A stretch of DNA of 33,732 nt from an uncultured virus (IMG/VR IMGVR_UViG_2061766007_001539) (taxonomy: Duplodnaviria; Heunggongvirae; Uroviricota; Caudoviricetes). The notes below the pieces were generated by a model that was given only the letters and a program-made list of their open reading frames with translations, had not been told where the DNA came from and ran no database searches. The DNA lies in the IMG/VR virus record IMGVR_UViG_2061766007_001539; one strand, written 5' to 3'. The position numbers and the translations under genes are program-made. This document shows positions 27,812 through 33,732 of this stretch, piece after piece. Every line of letters begins with the position of its first letter. Position 1 is the first letter of the stretch.

Positions 27812-29415
27812 TTATCAGGATTAACAACCTGTTCTTTGATCTTCTTACCACACTTAGTGCAAATTCTTTCTGGGTAGATGTATGTTACATCAGTTACTAA
27901 TTCACCATCATCGTTTAACTTACCACCATCATACTTATCTGTATAAGTAGAGAGTGTCATAAGTTGGTCAGAAGTAAGTGCTTTTAAGATAGTATCGAAT
28001 GTCTTAATACGTCTCTTATATGTAAGTGACTTATCTGTCTTAACTGGTTTAGTATCTATACGGATAAGCTGATGATTAGTTTCATCTATCTTATAGATAT
28101 TATCTATATAAGATAAGAGAAGTAATCTATCTTCATACTTAGAATTGAATTCCTGCGGTACTAATGTAGGTTCTATATATACATTATATACAGACGGAGT
28201 CTTTAATCCTACTACATATTCATCAGAGATCTGATATAAGTCTACTGGATAAGTATGATCTCCAGTACTATCAGTATTACCTTCATGCAGTATCTTCATA
28301 TACTGTTCTTTAACATCATCAGATGTAAACTTGATCATTGAATGGATCGGTACTGGCTCCATGAATACATTATTACATTCTTCATTATCACATGAGTATG
28401 TAAGTATATTAGTTAAACCAAAGGTAGCCTTATATGCAGTAAACATGTAATCATCTATTACTGTATTAGGAGTTATCATAGCCCATGCTTCAAATGTAGA
28501 AGGTTTGTTAGCATCTACGATATGGTCATATATAAGCTTGAGTTTGTTCTCAATATACTTATTATAATTACCATTTCTAATTCTAGCAGGATCAATAGAC
28601 TGTATTTCCATAGGCTGCCAAGCAGACATTCTAACAGCTCTCTTAGTATGCCATAATACACCATCAGCACATTCAATCGCTTTTGTTTTAATCTCGTTGA
28701 TTACTTTAGCAGCATTGATTGGTTTAGCAGCAATAGTATATGTAGAGAGATCTACCTTCTTAATAACAGGATTAAAGTTCTTATCCATCTCATGACGAAT
28801 ATTCTCTTTTATTGCTTCTGTCTTAGCCTTCTCTTCTTCATCTTCTTCTTTCTCTTCTTCAGTCTCTTCTTCATCGTCATCTAAGAGTTTAAGATCTTCA
28901 TCGTCAATTCCATCGAAGAGATGTTCATCTTCATCATATACAGACTGATCAGATGGCATACTAATAGTTTCTGTTCTTGTACCAGCTACTGGAGATGCTG
29001 TTCTAACTGTCTGTTCTACCATAGGAGTTTCTATCTGTTCTTCAGCATCCTTATGAACTACGATATTATTATTAGAAACAGTATCATTGTCAATATCATC
29101 GATATCGTCATCTTCATCTAATGATTCTTCTATCCTCTGTTCAAGACCCTTCTGGTAAGTATCATTAGTTTCCTGTTGAGTTCTTACAATAGCTTCTTCT
29201 AAACCTTCAAATGCTTTATCTAACATTGGGTTACCAGTACCTACTACTGGAGCAGGTTCTGACTGTACAACAGCTTCTACTAAGTTAGCATCCTTAATAG
29301 ATGAAGTATCGAGTTTTGGTCTCATCTTCTGCTGTGGAGTTGGTTTAGCTGCATTTGCTGCACCTTCAGCTAATTCTGATAAAGTGATATTGTTGTTATC
29401 TTTCTCTGTTGACAT
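27766..29415 (-). CDS. Putative baseplate hub/tail assembly chaperone with acidic N-terminus
   Basis: YSCDNEECNNVF and ICTKCG Cys pairs; next to a gp25-like gene. Confidence 0.6.
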   Translation of the reverse strand: MSTEKDNNNITLSELAEGAANAAKPTPQQKMRPKLDTSSIKDANLVEAVVQSEPAPVVGTGNPMLDKAFEGLEEAIVRTQQETNDTYQKGLEQRIEESLDEDDDIDDIDNDTVSNNNIVVHKDAEEQIETPMVEQTVRTASPVAGTRTETISMPSDQSVYDEDEHLFDGIDDEDLKLLDDDEEETEEEKEEDEEEKAKTEAIKENIRHEMDKNFNPVIKKVDLSTYTIAAKPINAAKVINEIKTKAIECADGVLWHTKRAVRMSAWQPMEIQSIDPARIRNGNYNKYIENKLKLIYDHIVDANKPSTFEAWAMITPNTVIDDYMFTAYKATFGLTNILTYSCDNEECNNVFMEPVPIHSMIKFTSDDVKEQYMKILHEGNTDSTGDHTYPVDLYQISDEYVVGLKTPSVYNVYIEPTLVPQEFNSKYEDRLLLLSYIDNIYKIDETNHQLIRIDTKPVKTDKSLTYKRRIKTFDTILKALTSDQLMTLSTYTDKYDGGKLNDDGELVTDVTYIYPERICTKCGKKIKEQVVNPDNMLFIRHQLGLMKKI

Positions 29416-29451
29416 ATGTTTTCCTCCTCGTGTGTGTTATGTATGTATATA

Positions 29452-29883
29452 TTATTTGATATCTGCTAGTTTGCTTGTTTTCTTAGCAGTATCCATTACC
29501 TCACCAGTTACAGTATTAATCGGTAGATATACATCGGTATTCTGATTAGTACGGATGTGGATACGAATAACATTACCGTTATACTCTTGTGCCATTTCAC
29601 ACTTAACCTCATTAACAGCAAACTGAGGTAGATAACAGTTTATCTGTGACTTAATTAGATTATTAAGCTGTTTCATATCCGATTCATTACAATACCGATA
29701 ACGAGAAACTAATCCAACACCCATATCCGGGTGTGTTTGAATCAGCCCAGGTTCCATTAATATCAATCTGATTAACAATAGAGACATTGCGTCTCCATCT
29801 TTAGCAACCAGTGGAAGGTTTTTCTTATCAATAGACAGTAGTGGTTCAGTAGTATCAATTGACGTTGTATCATCATTAGCCAT
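29452..29883 (-). CDS. gp25/GPW-like baseplate protein
   Basis: LIRLILMEPG...HPDMGVGL...QINCYLP pattern; size fits the family. Confidence 0.65.
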   Translation of the reverse strand: MANDDTTSIDTTEPLLSIDKKNLPLVAKDGDAMSLLLIRLILMEPGLIQTHPDMGVGLVSRYRYCNESDMKQLNNLIKSQINCYLPQFAVNEVKCEMAQEYNGNVIRIHIRTNQNTDVYLPINTVTGEVMDTAKKTSKLADIK

Positions 29884-30007
29884 ATATACTACACCTCCTC
29901 TTTATAAGATTGTTTAATTAGTAAAAAATAACAGACATATATACATAGGGGTGTATATAGAGGTCTGCTATTTTAGGAATATATAGATAGGGGATTATGA
30001 TAATATC

Positions 30008-31064
30008 TTAATCATCAAACTCTACATCAGATACATTGTGAACTTCAAATCCTGCATTCTTTGCAACGAGTTCACATATCTCTATAGCTCTTTCCTTAGA
30101 TACAGCTGTACCCAAGAATCCAGACGGATGTAAGAAGTTTACACCTTCCCAATCCCTTACTTCCTGTGGGATAGGAATGATATAATCCTGCATACCCATA
30201 TTCGGATATGTCACTGTACGGAATGTGTATCCGCCAGTCTCTGATCTAGCATCAGGAAATACCACGAATGGTATTACCGCTTTACCAGCTTCTTCAGATA
30301 AAGTCTTATAATACTTGTCTGCAACAGCTACTACACCATTACAGTCATCTATTATCTTCTTTACTTCATCATATTNNNNNNNNNNGTATTCCTGCTTTGC
30401 CAGCTTCTTCAGACAGAGTCTTATAATACTTGTCTGCAATAGCTACTACACCATTACAGTCATCTATTATCTTCTTTACTTCATCATATTCTGCATACTT
30501 ATCCTTATACTGATTCATAGCAGCTTTAATGAAGATCTTCATGATTCCAACACTAGCTCTGAATGATTCATCATGATCATCTGGATTATACATGTTCATA
30601 TAACGAATCATTGTTGATAATGGGTTAGTAGTAACTCCATTATCTGCATCATCTATATATGAGAACAGATCCTTATACAGATCCTCTACATATACTTCCG
30701 GTACTAAATACTTTCCTATTGACTTCCATATTAATCCTGTAGATGAGTACTTACCACCTTCAGGTCTTAATATATTGTCATACAATGGGTGTCCTTCTGG
30801 CTGATGGTGATCATAGACACCCATACCGATATCATACACCACTGTATCTGGTGTTTCATCATTATATCCGTCTTCTCTAGGCTTGAATGTCTGTACAAGC
30901 CTAGTTTTTACTCCATATCCTCCAAAGATATCTTCAAATAATATCTGGAGTAATGCTGTTGCTGTTACATCATCTGAGTGATGTGGCTTTGGTAAATGTG
31001 TAACGAGTGTTACCTCTTTACAGTATCTCTTTTCGATTCTTTCAATGATCTCTTCGATTCTCAT
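30008..31064 (-). CDS. MYG1/UPF0160-family metal-dependent hydrolase (split by gap, with duplicated overlap)
   Basis: VTH...HSDDV, YDIG...YDHHQ, YSSTGLIW, IDDADNG, FLHPSGF. Confidence 0.85.
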
Positions 31065-31266
31065 TGACTAAATTCCTCCTCTGTTGTGTTTATATTCCTA
31101 TATACGATGATTAATGCTATCTGTATATAGCATTATCATACTTATATTATACAAGTATATATAAGTTTGATGTGTCTAAATATACATGATTATATATAGT
31201 TGTGTGTAATAAATTACTACTACGATAACTTAACTATAAATATTATTTCAGAAAGAAGGGAATGTA

Positions 31267-32061
31267 ATGGCGAATAAGTTAAAGTATTCATTCGATGATT
31301 ACATTAAGAATCCTTCCGGAAGAGGTAGTGCTGTTAACACATCTGTTGATAAGTTACAGTATGATAAAGAGTTATTATCATTAGAGGGTAATAATGGTAA
31401 GGCTACTTATACTGTGTACAAACAGGGTAGAACTGGAGGTGTTTATTATTTTATAATACACTTCGCTATACCATCTTCTACTAAGGGATTCTTCCATGAT
31501 GTAGTAATTGAGTTCAATCCAGATCAATTAGACAATGTGGGTGTCAAAAGCATTAAAGCATATACGGTTAAGTTCTTCGTCAATGATGAAAACTTTGTAT
31601 ACACTTATGCATATGCATTTAAGACCCATGGGTTATTGATATCTGAATTGGAACGATTATTGCCGTTCAGGTCAATCACACAGAAAGCTCCTACAAGAAA
31701 TCCTGATAATGCTATGGGGTATAACAAACAACTTGTTTATGCATATCTAATTATGCAGAGACATAATTTGTTTAGTAAGGATATACTCAATCGTATTTGT
31801 AATAATACTGGGTATAACGTTATCAGACAGAAGATTGAACCGTACGATAAGAAGGTTCAGGAACGTAGGAAACTTACACAAAAAGAGAAGGAAGCCGCTG
31901 ACAAAGCAAGACATGATAAATCCAATACCACTAAGATTGTCAAGTCCAAGAATTTGTTAGGTAACAGTCTTCCAACACCGCCTAAACTAACTACCATAGT
32001 TAATCAGGTTAAGTCAGTCTCTAAGATAGGTACAGTCAAAAAGAAGCCTAAAAAGCATTAA
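31267..32061 (+). CDS. Hypothetical protein with basic C-terminus
   Basis: 264-aa ORF. Confidence 0.75.
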   Translation: MANKLKYSFDDYIKNPSGRGSAVNTSVDKLQYDKELLSLEGNNGKATYTVYKQGRTGGVYYFIIHFAIPSSTKGFFHDVVIEFNPDQLDNVGVKSIKAYTVKFFVNDENFVYTYAYAFKTHGLLISELERLLPFRSITQKAPTRNPDNAMGYNKQLVYAYLIMQRHNLFSKDILNRICNNTGYNVIRQKIEPYDKKVQERRKLTQKEKEAADKARHDKSNTTKIVKSKNLLGNSLPTPPKLTTIVNQVKSVSKIGTVKKKPKKH

Positions 32062-32121
32062 GATTGTATACTATATATTTGTGTATCGATATATGATATA
32101 AAAACGGGAGGGTTAATAAAA

Positions 32122-32534
32122 ATGCAGCAAATGGTCACAACGATAATACCACCAGAAAACACTATAAACATAAACAATTTTGTGAACGATAACAACAACA
32201 AGGAAATTTTAAAACTCGATATATTCGAGTGGTGTCACTCAGAGAACTACTGGTGTGAAGTAGATAAGTGGTATCCATTATATGGAGAAGAACACTTTAC
32301 TAACACCAGAAACTCAATAAACTTAAATGTATCTGACTTCTATGGTGAATGTAACAAACCATCACAGATCTTAGATACTTTCATGCTGACTCCAAAGAGA
32401 TGCTATAACTCAGATGAAATAAGGAAACACATCTGTCGTTATCTGAACTACTTTGAGAGATTCTATGATAAAGAGCATGAACTTATCTTCATGATGCAGA
32501 GAATCAAGATTGCCATGGACATTGGTGTCTGGGA
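32122..32534 (+). CDS. N-terminal part of a large jumbo-phage protein
   Basis: RBS GGGAGG; ends ...MMQRIKIAMDIGVW at the gap. Confidence 0.75.
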
Positions 32535-32544
32535 NNNNNNNNNN

Positions 32545-33661
32545 ACTGTTCTATCTTAGTAAGTTCTTTCTTACATAAAGATGTACGAGTAGATATTCTG
32601 TTTACGACCGAAGCGATTATGTAAGGGAGCATAAGCATCCCTTGAGAGATCAATAATCTCTTGGCGATTATCATCAGTTTGATATACTGATCGCCATTAA
32701 TAGAGTTTACCGATACAGTGTCTCCAAAATCCTTGAAGAAAAAGTTGTTAATCATATTGTGTTGGAACGTATTGATTAACGGTTGACCATGTTTAGTCAA
32801 AGCTTTTCTATAGAAGTTAACTTCCTCATCAGATACTTCTCCACCAACTGCAATGATAGAATCTACAATCCTCTTTGCACGGAAGTCGTTCTGAATTGCC
32901 AAGCCTTCATCAGTCTTAATAAGATGAGCTTCAAACTTATCAAACTGAGAAGTATTGTCTTCTCCATCTCTTTTAGACGACGATAGTGACATATAATCGA
33001 ACTCATATGAGATGTCACTAATATTGAATTTGATGTTATTTCTCACACCTGCCAGGTTATATATGATAATATTACCTGAGAAAGTATACTTAGGAATAAC
33101 CTGCATGATAACAGTGTTAACTGCATCATTGGCATTTATAGTCGGAGAGTAACCTCTTATTTCCGACATGTTCCATAATACTTCATTATGTGTATGATTA
33201 CTGTTCATAGTTGTGATAGCAGTCTCATACAGTTTAGCATAGATGTCTGTGAGTTGTAATCCTCTTGCCGACATCCTGATCGGATCCATATACATATCTA
33301 TCAATGTATTGTAGATAGTATATATGAAATCATCGATAGCATCTTTAGATGTTACATCTCTAGTATATACCCAATGCATTATAAGCGGTATGAGTATATT
33401 CATCATAATAGATATCTCCATGAGATACTTACCATGACGATTAGTATACTGTAAGCCTTCATTAGCCTTGTTCTTATAAGTAAGATCAATCTTATAATTA
33501 CACTCAACCATTCTCCATACTTTGTTATATATGGATGGTGAGAGTATATAAGTTTTGATATCATGTAAGAACTCTTCACATGTATAATCACGATAACCAT
33601 TGAGATTGATATCCCAGACACCAATGTCCATGGCAATCTTGATTCTCTGCATCATGAAGAT
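32545..33661 (-). CDS. Continuation of the 32122 gene in inverted scaffold orientation; possible sigma-like RNAP specificity subunit
   Basis: Begins with the same MMQRIKIAMDIGVW sequence. The function is a weak inference. Confidence 0.6.
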
Positions 33662-33732
33662 NNNNNNNNNNGTAGGTTAATGTCCCAGACACCAATGTCC
33701 ATGGCAATCTTGATTCTCTGCATCATGAAGAT

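Noticed and set aside
30270..30490. Tandem duplication inside MYG1
   Set aside because: The copies flank a 10-N gap and differ by a few SNPs; overlapping strain variants.
17367..33732. Stop-codon recoding in the jumbo phage
   Set aside because: Long ORFs read through under the standard code with dense packing.

Overview
A heavily gapped scaffold (about 25 N-runs) that appears to join two unrelated phages. Positions 1-16851 are a temperate Firmicutes phage; a dockerin points to a Ruminococcus-like host. It carries a cI/cro-type switch, a lipoprotein, a large serine recombinase with a likely attP, CHAP endolysin and holin, small accessory genes, tail-fibre-type genes, a Gln/Gly/Cys-rich operon, and a diversity-generating retroelement (RT 8732-9790, TR ~9965-10076, VR remnant 10201-10232, target 11698-12878) with no avd gene. 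Pieces of several strain variants are interleaved, so several ORF-track proteins are artificial fusions across gaps. Positions 17367-33732, after a ~515-N gap, are visibly more AT-rich and look like an AR9/phiKZ-type jumbo phage. They carry a split RNA polymerase beta' subunit (DYDGD), primase, baseplate genes, a MYG1-like hydrolase, YopX and repeated AACA-N6-TAA promoters. Best leads: the Avd-less DGR whose VR fell out of the assembly, an 18-bp quasi-palindrome at accessory-gene boundaries, a signal peptide-dockerin fused in frame to a tail/SGNH protein with an internal start, a candidate -1 frameshift, and two candidate small RNAs. All family assignments come from motif recognition by eye; no database searches were run.
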